A DNA stretch of 64,000 nucleotides from Tubulanus polymorphus (GCF_964204645.1 NC_134025.1:14818001-14882000), one strand, 5' to 3'; shown: positions 13,150 to 26,994, counted from the stretch's first letter. The notes: generated from the sequence alone by a model not told the origin. Made by a program: numbers and translations.

Positions 13150-14210
13150 GTTCTAATGATTTTTTCGAATCGGTTCAATCGAACGGAATATTATAGGTTC
13201 GAACAAAAAATTTTTGAGCGAAAGGTCTTTTGAACGACAAAAAAAGATCTTTGTGGGGCTTTGCAGTAACTTAAAGCCAGACGTTGGTCGGCCTTGCGAC
13301 CCGATGCGATCCTCGCATTGCAAGGGAGTGTAGGTCGATAAGTCGTTGCCACGCAATCATCGCTGGCGGTCGCAATGAATGGCGTCGCAGTGAGTCGCAA
13401 GCCGTCGAAAGGTCTGGCTTAAGTCATTAGGAATTAATGAAATACCAGTTTCATTTATGATGAAAAAACTCAAATGAAAAGTCTGGCTTATAAAGCTGTC
13501 TGCTCAGAGGAAATTTTCAAAAAATCTTCATTTTTGCCAATAAAATTGATAACTGTGATTGATCGTTGCAAGTCACTTAATCACTAATTAAACATGCATT
13601 TTAATAAATCTGATTTCTCCTTTACAGTGAACTTAGCTTTAACCTAGTATGTATATGTATATGCGTAGGCCTAACATTCCAACTGATTGGTTGTAGGCCT
13701 ATTGAATTACAACCCTCCTAAACATCGTAAATTTTGGTTGGAAGTTTAATCCAATGAGTCCGTTAATAAACGCAACAATTATACTGTGTTTGTTTGAGAC
13801 AGTAAAGCTCAGTACCGGTAGGCCTAAAAGCCTTAAGGTCGGATACAACTCGATAAACACTTCAAGCAACACAGCGAAAGATCTTTCCGCCATGGCGAAT
13901 GCTTACTCCAAATGTCAAGTGTGAGTCCAGCATACGGATAGGAGTGTGTTATATACTTGTATTTAGTAAATACCTTGTGCATTTGACAAAGATCGGTATG
14001 TACTGTAGGAAATATAGAGTATTGATAAATGGTTGAAGCCCGCGGCCGAATAAAGAAATATATTCTTTTACTTTGATACCTCGTCGACACAACAGCTTTT
14101 CTCCGCTTTATCTCCTCGGCGTGTTTAGTTTAGGCCTAGGACTCCCCGGTACTCTAATGATTTATCTTAGTAAATACACGGTTAACGGTAAAGAAAAGTA
14201 GGTATTGTTA
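13150..14210 (-). repeat. Right arm of the long inverted repeat
   Basis: Reverse complement of blocks in 9940-11400. Ends abruptly at the hAT-like TIR at 14215. Confidence 0.8.
13275..13419. mobile_element. PIF/Harbinger (Tourist-like) MITE, 145 bp
   Basis: About 35-bp imperfect TIRs AGCCAGAC../..GTCTGGCT with TAA duplicated on both sides. The empty site TGACTTAAGGTACTG is present in the opposite arm at about 11278. Confidence 0.8.
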
Positions 14211-14214
14211 AATG

Positions 14215-16620
14215 CAGGGATGAAAATAGGAGGCATTGAAATCCGCAGAAATTTTGAAAAATTATGATCTTACCCGGCCTTACTGACAATACAACTCGTC
14301 CTGCCGCTTAAGTAACGATCAGTATGCAAGCACTAACGAAACAAAAGGGGAGTTTGGCCTGAGGTCTTACTAAAAACTTTGGCTACATTTTATCAGGAAA
14401 CTCATTCTTACCACGGATATTTGAACATGGGTGTTGATAATGGAAAACATTTAATAATTTACTGACGATATATTATTCCAAAATTGCGACAGAGAAAAGT
14501 GATCACTATACAAACGCAGTGGCGCTAGCCACCTGTGACCACCATTCATCTATAGGTACCAGTATTGACCGGTCAGAAAAAGCTTCCGGGAGCGTTTTGT
14601 CAGCCGTGTAACGATGTACCTCAAGCTGGTAGCTATCAACCTCATCCGAATTCAGAACATGTGTTGCAATATTTGGCAAATCCTTTAGATATTTTAAAGT
14701 CAAGGTATGACCGCGACATGCCGGATCAATTGCAGCTATACGTAACAGCATTTTACTGTTAAGTGATAGTTTCTTTGCCAAATATTTAGCACAAGAAATG
14801 TACGCCTTTCTGACTTTGCCGTAAACTTCTTTGACGGCTGGATCTTTTGGATTCTCACTGATCAGTTTTGAGACTTTGGCTCCAACAAACATTTCACTCG
14901 GTTTCATTGTGCAAAGATCAATATCGACACTAACTTATTTTCGATCATTGGCAGGGATCTTGTCAGGCCTTATAAGGCCTTATAAAGCAAGAGAGAAATT
15001 CCCGGAATACACTGACTTGTTCATCAATAAGCTTCTCAACGGCTCTCTTTTTGAACTTTCAGAATGTACTTTTTCAGAACAGGCAAAACTGAAATCAGGA
15101 AATTCAGGTACATAACTGTCCGTTTTCGGTTGACAAACAAACGATCCATAATTCGATTTTTTTCTTGCTTTTCCGTCCGCGGTAAGTTTCTTGTTTTTTA
15201 CAGTTGACTGTATGCGCTCTGCTTCTGAAATACCCAAGTGTCGATAAATTTCTTCGCAACGGGCTAGATATATAATGCGATCACCTGGATTCAAAAAACC
15301 GAAGTAGAAAACTGTGTATGCATCAAACTTGCGTTGTAAATCAACAGCGGCACTGTGCAATGACAGCCACCTGGTAACAACATATCTTTCGGGCATCGTG
15401 AATTTAAATCCCAACAATGAACATATTTCATGAAGGTAATCATCACGCAAGTCAGGTGACCATTTCAAATCATTGTACAGATCTGTAATAAGCTTTTTGA
15501 TCACTTTATCAAACAATTGGTAAACTGCTTTGACGAATTGTGTGCGTGGTGAGCCGAGTCACCATCGATGTTTAGAAGGTGAGGGACCTTATCGCGCAAC
15601 CTGGTCTCGAACCCGGATCTGCAGCCACGCATGACATTACATGAATCAACAAGAACGGACATTAAACGATCATAAGATATCTGCTGACGGTCCATTCGCC
15701 AATGACCTCGTTATAAATACTTTCACTATTCACCGAGATGATTTCAAGTGACAATTCATGCCGAAACACGATCTTTTTCTCTACTGGTGAATAAAAACTG
15801 GCCAGAATAGGTAGAACTTTTTTCAGATTTAAGCTCGAAGCTTCATCGATGTTGAGAGAGAAAAAGTTCTCATTCAGTTCTCCATTCAACTGATATAAAA
15901 ATGTCTTGGCCAAGCCATGTTTCATTTTGGACGATGCTGTAACTCTGGACATTTTCAAGTGTGACAGGGCATTTCTGTCTTTGCTTAAGGCTTTAGTCAG
16001 ATCTATCACATTCAGAACAATGCTAAACGACAGGCTTTTGTCGGCAATGAATGCAAGTAGCATAGCCTCAGAATGAAGAATCCGGTCCTGCACTGGAATG
16101 AAAGGTTCAACTTTCAGATGACTGCTTGCATTTTCAGTGGACGGTGAATCTTCAAACACTTGCCAATGACGTTTCTCCTGCTGTGATGTTGAAGACCCTG
16201 TTAGGTAAGCAATTAACGACTCAATCGAGTGTCTGTTTTTATTTATCATATGACCTTAATATTGTATCTAAAAGCTGCAAATAAATTCTGAAAATCCAGC
16301 TAAAGTCTTTTCCACGGAACAAACTCAAGTACCGGCTGGCCAAAGTTTGAGGCCTAGTTCAAAAACAAAGGATGCATACCTGGTAGTTTGTAATTACTCC
16401 TTCTGTCTTTAACTATATCTTTGTCTTTTTTTCTGCCTTTACTTGATCAGAAATAGCAACCTTTCCCCATGCACCATAGTTGATTTCACTGTTGCACCAG
16501 GTGCATAGTACTCTTCCAGGAACGCTGATTTTTCTAATACATTCAGCTAGGGGAACATCGTCAATTAAAGTCTCCAACCAGTTCCATTTCCATGGATTTT
16601 TCAATCTTTTATAAACCCCC
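14215..16620 (-). mobile_element. Decayed hAT-like DNA transposon; only one TIR found
   Basis: The end CAGGGATG..AAATCCGCAGAA at 14215 parallels CAGGGATC..AAATCCGCGGAA at 36140. Contains a transposase pseudogene. The other terminus was not located. Confidence 0.7.
14506..16604 (-). pseudogene. hAT-like transposase pseudogene (BED-like finger plus DDE core) with one intron
   Basis: WKWNWLE..CTWC finger region, FSLNIDEAS, LVDSCNVMRG, DGDSAHHAHN, VTRWLS and IDEWW. Several frameshifts. GT-AG intron at about 16379-16198 on the minus strand. Confidence 0.85.
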
Positions 16621-19600
16621 CCCCCCTGGGTCTACAGAAGAACACCTGTCTATGATCTTATGATCCATGAGTGACAAGCTAACCGCTAATAAATAGCACC
16701 CTGGTTATTAAAAAAAACGGCGCGGAAAGCTTAAAACAGGCAGCCAGGTAGATGGTAGTAATAAGTTTCGCGTATAAGATTATTGATTTTCTACATGAAT
16801 TTATACAGACACACACACACACATTCTGATCGGAGATCGTAGCATTATAAAAATATAATATGTCGACCCACATGTGCTACTACCAGCCAGCAAAGTACTA
16901 ATATGCCAAGTTTAGGGGAAATAACATCAAGAATAATGAAGAGAGGTGTTTTTATCAATCCCTAGTACCTGTTTAAGCGCATTCGGTTTTTATTAGTTCT
17001 GACAAATAGTTGACTAGATAAAAGTTGACTAGAAAACCGAATTTGGCCCAAGGCGCTCAACAGATTCAAGATGGCATCTCCGTAAAATAACCAATACACA
17101 AGTTAGGTATATATATAGGGTTAACTATGCAGGAGGGAAGGCCTAGTAAGAGTGACAAGAGATAACGGGTTTTCTGAGCTGCAACTGCATTCGTTCTATC
17201 TTAGAAGATTGGCTGGACATTGTTTTGACGCACGGTCATATGGAGACACCATATTGAATCCGTCAAATAACACAGGCTTAATTTGTGATACTGAGAAAAT
17301 GATAGAAACAAGGAATACTCCTTAATTCTAAACATCGTTAGAAATTTCCTCCTAAATACTCAATTCTTGACTCAAATTCTCTCCTAGTTAATTGAGTAAG
17401 AGGCTTTTTTGCACTGTAACAAACCTGCCAACATCAAAAACAGATTTGGAGTAATTTTGATAGTAGTTTTTCTCCTAAAATATTAGTTTTTTCGAAGATT
17501 ATGAAAAATAGTAGTTTCCTCACCGGAAGAGTATTTTTTGAATAAAAAGCTGATTCACTAGATATATAGTGGCTACTAAGTGGCAACCTGTCCACCCAAG
17601 AAATTATAGACTTGAGGAATACAGCAAAAAGGTCTGCGGGCAGGGTTTGTGTTGGTGTGAGCTTTGGCAGGGGGCAATTAAACCCCTGAAAGCGAGGATG
17701 CTTTCAGTTAGGGTACTCAAGTTAGGGAAAAAATGTAACAATGATAGCATAATTTGATAGCATATTTGAATCTACATTTATTTTATTAGTCTAATTTGAG
17801 TGAGAACAGAGTTCAGGGCGGGTAGGTGTTAAAAGCAGTCAAGGCGCTGTTGGGAATCGACAGATTCAAGACGGGATCTCAGTGAAATAATCAATCCTAA
17901 CTAGTTACAGCATTAACTATGCAGGAGGGAAGGCCTTAGAGTGAAAAGTTGGTTCGGCGAGTCACATACTGGGAACTTCATTTCTATTCAATGAAATTGA
18001 CGTCCAATAACTATTATAAAATCAATAATCACGAACGACACCATTACTTAATATGACTGCTGCAGCAGTCAGTCTTCATCGATGCAGTGGGTAGGTATTT
18101 TTAAGTGACTAAAGGCCTTTTTAATATCGGCGACAACAAGATAGCAATGATGCTGAAATTTTCAGATGCAAAGGAGTATGACCACCGATGTGGCACACAC
18201 GGCCTTAAGGACCTGACCAATCCAATAAATAAAACCCTATTGAATATTTGTAGAATTGGTATCCACGAATGCAGCAACTGAAATATTTGAAATGCATATA
18301 TCTTGTGTTTTTTACTGTTGCGTGTGTGCATGCATACGTGCCATTCAAAATGATTGGCATTCCATATTCTAGTCCAAATACACTACTTTGTGAATAAATG
18401 GCTGGTCTAGATACATTTTTCCTGGGCGTGCGGGAATAGGGAATACCTGAAGGGCCGTACTGATTGCCGATTGCCTATAGTAGATTTCCACCATTGCCTG
18501 ACGGTAAATAATCTTAAGTTTAAAATAGGATGTCCAGTACATACAATCTGCATATTCAGAGAGACCGTAATATTCCTATCAGATTTCAACATTTCGTTAA
18601 GAAGCTGTTAGTAGTCAAATCTGATTAAAGATCAATTTTATGTACAAATAAATACAGAAAATATAGAATAACAATCAATATCCCAAGAGGGGAAACCCTA
18701 AAAAATTAGATTCTGGAGGAGATATATATATATATGTATATGATGTTCGACATATTACTAAATTGCTTAATTTTAAATCAATACTTGGACAATGACTTTT
18801 TTGTAAGATGACTTGAATGCTGATAAAGTGATAAGGGATTTGAGATCTTCAGAGAAAACTATGGAGAAAATTCCAATATCAAGTCTAGAGTGAGGAGTGC
18901 AAAGGTCACATTGTTGCCGGGTATTACACTGCTGAATAGCCAAATAATTGGTAAATAAGTTTTCAAAGGATTTGCAGTGAGATGATGTACTGTTGAAACC
19001 ACTTGACAAAATATAAACCATCTAGGCCAAAATGGCTAAGAGTTAATCTGTTCACTCCCCGGAACAAGGCATGCACAATCCTCTGGTGGGAGTGAAAGAG
19101 TTAAGACAAGTCTTCTTTGACATGAAAGAAAAACATGAAAGTTACCTTAGCTATAGCGATATGGTTCTGGATGAACACTGGAAACTGTAACAATATCCAT
19201 CCAGCTGAGAGAACTGTGATTATATTGGTGAAAAAAATCAGCACAATATAAAATAGAGAATTCCTAAAAAAAATATTAGAAAAACGAATCATTAGATTAA
19301 CGAAAACTGAATAACGTTCGCAACAAGAACTTTCTACTTTCACAGAAGTTCTACTACACACCAAAAAGTCAACTCTGTAGTTTTATCCACAAACAACAAG
19401 GGGCCTCGGAGTTCTACACAAAGTATCCAAATCTTTAAAAACTGTATTTTTTTTCCGTATAGGACCAGAGTGAATTTTTATTGAGACATAACCAAGTTTA
19501 CCAGCATCTGTTTGTCTTCCCTTGTAGAAGGGCAAACAATAAAGATTTAATTAATTCAAAAAAGACTGCAAACAAAACAAGAGCTACAACCAGATTACAT

Positions 19601-20671
19601 CATAATAATCAGGAAATTTTTTTGCATTGTTAAGTAACCAAATCTTTCATAACAATATTTTTGTCCGTATAGGACCTGAGTGACTTTAGTCCCAAGTGGG
19701 CTTAACACTTTTCCAAAATTGTTTTTTTCAAATTTTCAATTTTCAATTTTATCAAATTTGAGTTGTCAATTCCCGGGAACGCGAAATTTCCCAAGTACGC
19801 AGAATTTTTCTATTTTCACTTAAAATAGTAATCAGCTGGGAATTTATAGAATTTTTGTTTAAAACGAAGTACATAATTAGAAACTTAGTGGTCGGCTTAT
19901 TTCAGTTGGATGGTCACTGGCGCGCAGCGTCTATTATGTACTAGTAGATCGATTTTTCTGTCGACGGCCACATGTTTACAATAATAGTCGGCTATAGAAT
20001 ATAGACCCCGGCGTGTCACTCAGTTGTTAGGGTTCAGTGTCTTACTCTGCAGCTAATTCAAATTTATCTCAGAAAACCCCCAAAATCCGACTTACTCATA
20101 ATCTGAATTTTTCCCGTGGTTCCAACATGTCTGACTTACGCCAGTTCAACTGTATTAATAAGCATTAATTTTCAAAAAAAAGCATATCATGCAGATTTTT
20201 CTTTAAATTTCCAAGATGACATTGGTGATTTTATTCGGGAAACTATGTCGGTGGAAGAAATTCAGGCACTGTTAGAAAATAGTCATCCATATCAGAAGTT
20301 CAATATGCTCAAACATCATTTCCGTCCTTCAAGAAAAATCAACTACATACATGCCAACATTGGGATTACCTTTTTTCAGTATTTTTGGTTAAAAGTTCCG
20401 GTTTTTTTCTCAGTATTTTGTACCCATTTTCAGTAACATTTTTTTTTTAGCAACATTTTCCGTATTTTAATATCTCAATCAGTATTTTCTCTTTTTTACC
20501 TTAAGAATCGTCAGTACTCAGTTCATTAGATCAGTAGAATTTCGTACAAAAGAGTAGAAATTCTACTCTTTTACCCAAATGCCACTATTCTAAGAATGGT
20601 CTGGACAGCTAGCAATAAAGCAAATTGGCTTCCTTTCTTGAAAAGGAATAAACATGTGGAAATAGCTGGTA

Positions 20672-23399
20672 CCCGGGCGGGCCACTTCCTTCAGGATAAG
20701 GAACCCCATGCTCATTCTTTTTCATGAAAAATGACCCATTCCTAGATTTTATGGGTTTCTCCAAATGACCCCTTTTTGGTGAAAATCTAGGGCGTTTTCA
20801 TTGAAACAGTCCCTTTTTTGCAAAAACAAGGGAGGTTAAACTATGAAGCTTTAATATGAAACGATAGATTTATTTGCATCCTACTGTTCACACATACCAA
20901 AATGAACCACTTTCCTATATGGATAGCTGTAAAAACAACAAAAAATTCATCAAAATGTTGAAAATATAACTGTGCTTGTTCACTTCCAGGTTTCTTTGCG
21001 TCTTTTACTTGTAATACCTGCCGAAGACACAACATGGGCGCGAAAATTGTATTTTTTTTGCTGGAAAATTGTATTTTCTTTGCGATCAAAATGATACACC
21101 CGTGGCATAACATAAGGCAGCCACAGCAGTCCGCACATCGGACAAAACCACTTTTGGAAAGACAAGCTGGACACTTGGGGCACAGCTCACAACTGAGTCG
21201 ATCCGCCATTAGTACGGTGAAGAAGGGATGTGGAGTCAAGTTTGATAATTAAAAGACACTCAGCATTCACACGGTTCGAATTTCGAAACTTCCTCATACC
21301 GATCCCAGATATCGATAATAAATAAAGGACCAATGGTCCAGTGGCTCGCCAAACTGGTGTGAAGTAAAAATCTGTCACGTAGGCTACCGGTATGCAAAAA
21401 TCATTTCATTGAAAATTAAACAAGAAAAAAAATATGAAAAATTACTCAATTTTGATCAGTGTGAACTTTTTATGATAACTGACTATTAACGAGAATGAAA
21501 TCTTCGAAAAATTGATAATGGGCCTTTTGTCTGAACAAATGTTCATAATTGTAATACATCCCTTGAATGATGTAAAACAACTAAAACAATGAGTGACCCG
21601 ATAAGTAGTGGTACAAACTTGGCGAGAGCCTGGGTTTTCATCGGAGGTTTTTTCATTTTTACCATACGGACCAATCAGGACAGAAGCTCCGAAGTTCTTC
21701 AAATTTGAGGCCAGTCAGTGCCGGTTACTGACGAAACAAAGTTTATCAACTGACATGATTTTTAATAATTTCACGATAGGATTGCTTTAAGTAGCTTACA
21801 TCTTCACTCAGACAAATCGTTGTTATGCGCAGCATACACCGTGGGGCACGTACTCTGTAACTGATACATACACACAGTGAACACGAGAGTATAAGGCTAT
21901 ATTGCATACGCGACTGGATACGCCTGTTTACAACGCGATTCTCCACTGTGCCCCAGTTAACAAACTAATACAAATAATCAGGCTCCAAAACGGATCGCTA
22001 ATGCGAACATTTATAAAATGACTTCAATTAATGATGATAAAACAAGTATTCCAGTCGTGTAAATATCAGACTCATCTCTAAAAATTCGATGGTTATCAGT
22101 GAATCAGCCGTGTGGCAAATACGGAAGTAAATTTCCTCATTTTGAAACCACATTTTCGTCAGATATCTTGATGCAACGTTACCTTATGCACGGGATATCA
22201 AAACTAGATGAATCATTGAACACATCGCACACAATAAATCGTTATATCATACGCCTTGAATATCAGGATTCGCGCTAGAAATGATGAATATCAACATATT
22301 TAATGGTGCCGCCATTTTGTATGTGAAATAACGCACACGTCATGACGGAAGTCAAAACCGGGTCAACACAAATTTTATAGAACTAAGATTTTGAGGGGTT
22401 TCGTCTTTGAACGGCCATAACTACCGAACCAAGCGTCAGATCATGGCGATATTAAGTTCTTCCGACGCAAATAGCATCGAATTTTCACAAAACGCGCTCA
22501 AATGAATCAAATTTTTGAAACTTTTTGGTAAATTTCTAAAAAGATATGAAACCCACGGCTTTCAACTTAGCGCACAATAAAGAAAAACCAATTACGAAAT
22601 ATACTTTTGCTTTATCTGTTCAATTTGCCCATTAGTAGTGAAATTACAGGCTAATGAAATTGCGTTTGATAGCGTAAAAATAGCTTCGAGCGTAGTGCAT
22701 AAAGCATACAAATGATTATCGATCGGCCAGACCGTTGACATAGGCTCGCTTATGCGAGCCAAAAACTGTATAAATAGGATCGCTAAATTACTTCAAGTCA
22801 TGACACAAAGGTTACCATTGGCATCGAGTTAGCGTAGGGTGGTAGGAGTAAAGTATCCTTAAGACACAATCGAAATCTTCGGCCAACCTTACATTTGAAA
22901 TATGGCGGTTTTTCAAAATGGTCAACATCGCCATTACTGAAAATCATAACTGAATTTTCAACCACAATTTTGCAACCTAGTGACCTAGACCAGTAAAATT
23001 GGTGTTTTAAAGCAGTAAATCGTGGTCAAACTATCAGATAAACCCATATCTATCAATTTTGAGCAGTAATGTGGCCGTTTTCGATATGTTTCCATTACAG
23101 AAAATCACATTTTCAGTCAATACTTTGCAAAAACCGATGCTGAAATCAACCAGAATTGGCCCAAGAAATGTAGGTCACAATTTTCTATCTACCAAAAATT
23201 GTCAACATTTTAATTTTTGTCACATTTTAGAAATTCATACACCCTTATTTTAATTTTCACCGGTATTTTCTTATTAACAACCCCTTTTTAATCATCTCGG
23301 GGATTTCCGCCCGTGTTTGGAATCAATTCTATAACTCCGTTCCCGTGAAATTAAGAACGCGGGTGTGTCCCATATGTTGAAGGAAGTGGTCCACCCGGG
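20672..23399. mobile_element. Non-autonomous DNA transposon with CCCGGG ends and 8-bp TSD (superfamily unassigned)
   Basis: About 27-bp TIR CCCGGGCGGGCCACTTCCTTCA / TGAAGGAAGTGGTCCACCCGGG. TSD AGCTGGTA (20664-20671) / AACTGGTA (23400-23407). Confidence 0.75.
21321..22762. mobile_element. Helentron-like HINE (family C) nested in the CCCGGG element
   Basis: Start hairpin GGACCA-A-TGGTCC followed by GGCTCGC. End hairpin GGCTCGC-TTAT-GCGAGCC followed by an A-run. Same layout as families A and B. Confidence 0.6.
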
Positions 23400-23676
23400 A
23401 ACTGGTAATCGTCTTTATGACTCTAAACACACAGTTCTTTAATGGTACAGCCTTGCTCTTTCTCGACATATTAAACGTAACTTCACAAAAATTTTTACTT
23501 TCACAATCTTAAAAAGCGCCATCGAAGCTGCATCTGACTTATGGATCGTACGTGTTCAAATAGGGACTATAAAAATAAATAAAAATAAATTAGCTAATAT
23601 TGTTGTTCTTCATTTTTATTTTTGCCACCTATCTTCATGTTGGGAATTTTTTGAGAATCAAAATAAAATATGTCAT

Positions 23677-24377
23677 AACAAGAGCCCCAAGCCTGTCAGC
23701 TTTTCATAAAATGGCAAATGATGATGCATTCTGTGGGTTAAATTTGTCAAAATACACTCCCAGCTCAGAGTCAATACCTAATAATTTACACAATACAATC
23801 GTAGAATACAAAAGTAGCACAGACAGCGACTGGATCGGGCAGGAACAAATACCTCAGATAAATCTTTTCCCTTGGTCTTATTGATTTTAATGCGGAATAG
23901 AATTGAATTGGATTTGATGTTTTTATTCATTCAATAAAGTGAAATTGAATTGGATTTGATATTTTTTTGCGGAATAAAATTTGATTAAATTCGTAGTTTG
24001 AGCACATGGCTAATTAGCATATCAAGGTCATCTATCCGATTTAAGAAAAAGCTATTTTTCCTGGACTTTGCACAATGGTCAATGATATTTTCCTGCTGAT
24101 TTCTGCGGCTAAGCCAATCATAGAATCGTCTTTGCTTTCTGATTTTCAATACCAATATTTTTGCGATCAGATAATCACAAAATAGCTCATATAAATTTTA
24201 ACGAGGCCCTCCTTCAAAATTCAGCTATGTAGGGTTTCGAGAATGGATAATGCTTTAATGAATGATTTGAATGAATATATGCTCAGTTGCACATTAAAAG
24301 AGCCTTTGCTCTGGAAACCATGTCATTTAAATTCGCTCCATTTGTATAGTAATAGGCTCAGCCTACGGCTGGCCTAA
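23677..24377. mobile_element. HINE family A, copy 2
   Basis: Highly similar to 1865-2565 plus 3234-3422. Ends AGGCTCAGCCTACGGCTGGCCTAA. Confidence 0.75.
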
Positions 24378-24869
24378 AAATTGTCTTAAATTCATGATTT
24401 TATCAGTTGTTGAATAATTCGTTGAATGCTGATGGTAATGACTCCGCTCCACTGTCATGCAACCAAATTCATTGATCGCCATCAACACCTACAATAAATA
24501 AAACATGGCCGCTACCATGGCTCCACAGGTGAAGTGGGTGTCTGTGCAGGTGATGAATTCAACCAGTGTGTGGGCAAACAATCAAGGTCTGTCTCCATGG
24601 ATGATAGACCTACTATCGATGATATCGATAACAAGAATGTGACAAAAATCAAAATTTTGGAAAATGACAATTCTGGTACTGTATGTCATGTTGCACTATC
24701 ATGGGCCCCTTTAATACTCCTAAATCAGTTTAACTGCAATGTTCTACGCGTCTTCACAATAAAACCTGCCTCTTCAACCGGATAAGCAAAAGGCATAAGC
24801 TCACCTACCAACTCAAATTTAAGATATTTGAGGAAAAACGTGCCCTCTTCAATAAACTGCTTTATATTT

Positions 24870-25850
24870 TTAAGGAGCATGGAGTTGGTTTTAAAAACAC
24901 CCAGATATAGGTGCTGGGAAACCATGTATTTGATATAACTGTGGATTTATTATGGTACATTATGGTACATTGACCCACAAATGATAAAACAGGAACCCCA
25001 TGGATTCAGACTGCAAGAATTGTTTGGAGCATGTCAAAAATTCAACAATCCTGTCACACACATGAGTAGAAAACACCATTCAATTATAACAAAAATACAT
25101 AAAGAGTCCTCTTTATGTATTTTTGATTATAACCATATCCTAGTGACACAAGATAATTTAATATGTTGGAATAGAACGGGCCTGTTTTTGTCAAAATTAA
25201 AATGGAACTAATTATTCAATTATTCAGCAGATTAATTATTTTACTGTAGTAGGCTTTGCCTGCCAATATGAATGTTTCTTCATTAATAATTAAATTCTGG
25301 ATAAAACCCTATGCCTGTTTCTTGAGTTCCACATTGACAGTTTTTTAGGCCTACCACCAAAAATGAATTTTTACCCTGTGAAATTTTGCTGTGTTGTGAA
25401 ACTTAATTCGAATTTTAATTCATTTCTTCCCGATTGATTGTGTAGAGTCCTTAAAGATCTGAATGCTGACGCATCTTCACCATTGCTGAAACCATAGATT
25501 GAGACATTCACTGTTCTGAAAAGCAACATGGCGCTATTGGTGGAAGGTGTTAACAGATATGTCAAATACTTGGAAACAGCATTGGAAAAATCACTAGAGC
25601 GGCACAGTCATGATGTTCGACTCATAAGTCCAGATGATAATTTCAAAGTAGTGACAACTGAGAAATTAGATTCAGGTGTGATTTTGACTGCCACATAATT
25701 AACCATGTGGAGTGATTTGCCTGACCTTGATATGTATACTACAATACACTTGTTAGATTATGAGCCAGAGTGTTGTTCCATGTGTAGGCAATGGTTCGAC
25801 AAGTTACAAGTTCCTACAAGTGTAACAATTTATTCCTGTAACAAATGGGA
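24870..25850 (+). pseudogene. Highly degraded N-terminal part of a possible Zator-like transposase
   Basis: Reads LWYIDP..LFGACQKFNNP..RKH, with AT-rich intron-like gaps. Same strand as the DGGPDHR fragment at 31160. Assignment is from recalled motifs only. Confidence 0.25.
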
Positions 25851-26520
25851 TTAAGACGGTCCATATTATAATCATTTTTATAAGTACATTTCTATATCAT
25901 ATTCATTATTTTCATTATATCTATTAATCGTATCGAAATATTAGTATGCAATCATCTTAGGAAAAGATATCTGAGTTTTTAGATTACGTACCATGTTATT
26001 GTATCAAAAGTTAGATTTATTAATTATGTAGTTTGTGACGGTCTCTGAGTATGGCAGTTGACAAAGCCTGTCTCTGCTCATACTCAGACCCAACGGCTCC
26101 TCCTGTATTGTCTCTGGTTGAAACCCAGAACTATTCTAACAATGAGTAATTAAAAGACGCGTATCTGTCAGTTTGTGTTCAGTTTATATTTTGGGGTTCC
26201 TAGGTGACCCTAGCTAGCCTATCAGGGCTCGAACTCTGCCTGTGTTCAACCAATCAACGTTGTTGTTCGATGGGTTGGGGAAATCGATGTGAAATTTTAG
26301 AAATTAAAAGCGTTTTCCGAGCACTTAGAGCGATCTTGAACCCATGAACGACTATTATATTTTGGAAGGTAATGGCTAGTTCCAATGTGGTACATCCTCA
26401 TTCGATGACATTCAGCATTTCATGCATTACGGGTCGAGTCCTGAATTATTGCAGTTAAAATGCGCCGATGAATGCTCACTAAAAATCATCACCCAGTAGT
26501 GTATAATATCTGAGGGCGTT

Positions 26521-26982
26521 TGTCACCCTGATAAAATTTGCATATTTCATAATCATATAGATCTACAATGTCATATCGAACAGTTCATAACAACAATAAT
26601 AATAATATAATATAACTTATGACTATAGTGTCAATATGTGCTTTAAGGTCGTAATCAACATGTGACATTACTCAATATGTTTTCACCAAAATTAGCTATA
26701 GTCAGTGCTCATCGATAATTAATTAATGTCTCTCAAACATGTCACTAGGTGTTTGTTTGTGAGTCCTGATGTCTACAACTTGTCTGACACCTAGTTCTCA
26801 CATTATACTCATGATTCTGTATATAAAGACTATGTAAAGCTATGATAATCATTCTCATTCCGGGATGCAATAAAGATTGTACATATAAGGTTTAACTTGT
26901 TCCTGATGGATGGAATCCTGTACCGCTGGTGTAAATGCTAGTTCCCCAGCCAGCCCGCCGATACAACAACCAGCCGGTTACA
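26521..26982 (+). repeat. 5' LTR (462 bp) of the deleted Gypsy element
   Basis: Runs TGTCAC...GTTACA with TATATAAA at about 26820 and AATAAA at about 26869, and is followed by a PBS. Confidence 0.85.
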
Positions 26983-26984
26983 GA

Positions 26985-26994
26985 TGGTGGAGAA
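26985..26994 (+). promoter_or_regulatory. Primer binding site, tRNA-Ala-like
   Basis: TGGTGGAGAA lies 2 nt after the LTR and is complementary to a tRNA-Ala-type 3' end (..TTCTCCACCA). Confidence 0.65.

Noticed and set aside
12640-13260. ORFs rich in F, R, K and N in the TTCGAA-rich region
   Set aside because: Low-complexity degenerate repeats produce spurious ORFs on both strands.
17040-17945. About 100-bp direct repeat (17050-17145 and 17840-17940)
   Set aside because: The similarity is real, but there are no termini, TSD or coding signal to interpret it.
24534-24785. VCAGDEFN as a LINE endonuclease GDFN motif
   Set aside because: A single imperfect motif with no other endonuclease motifs nearby.
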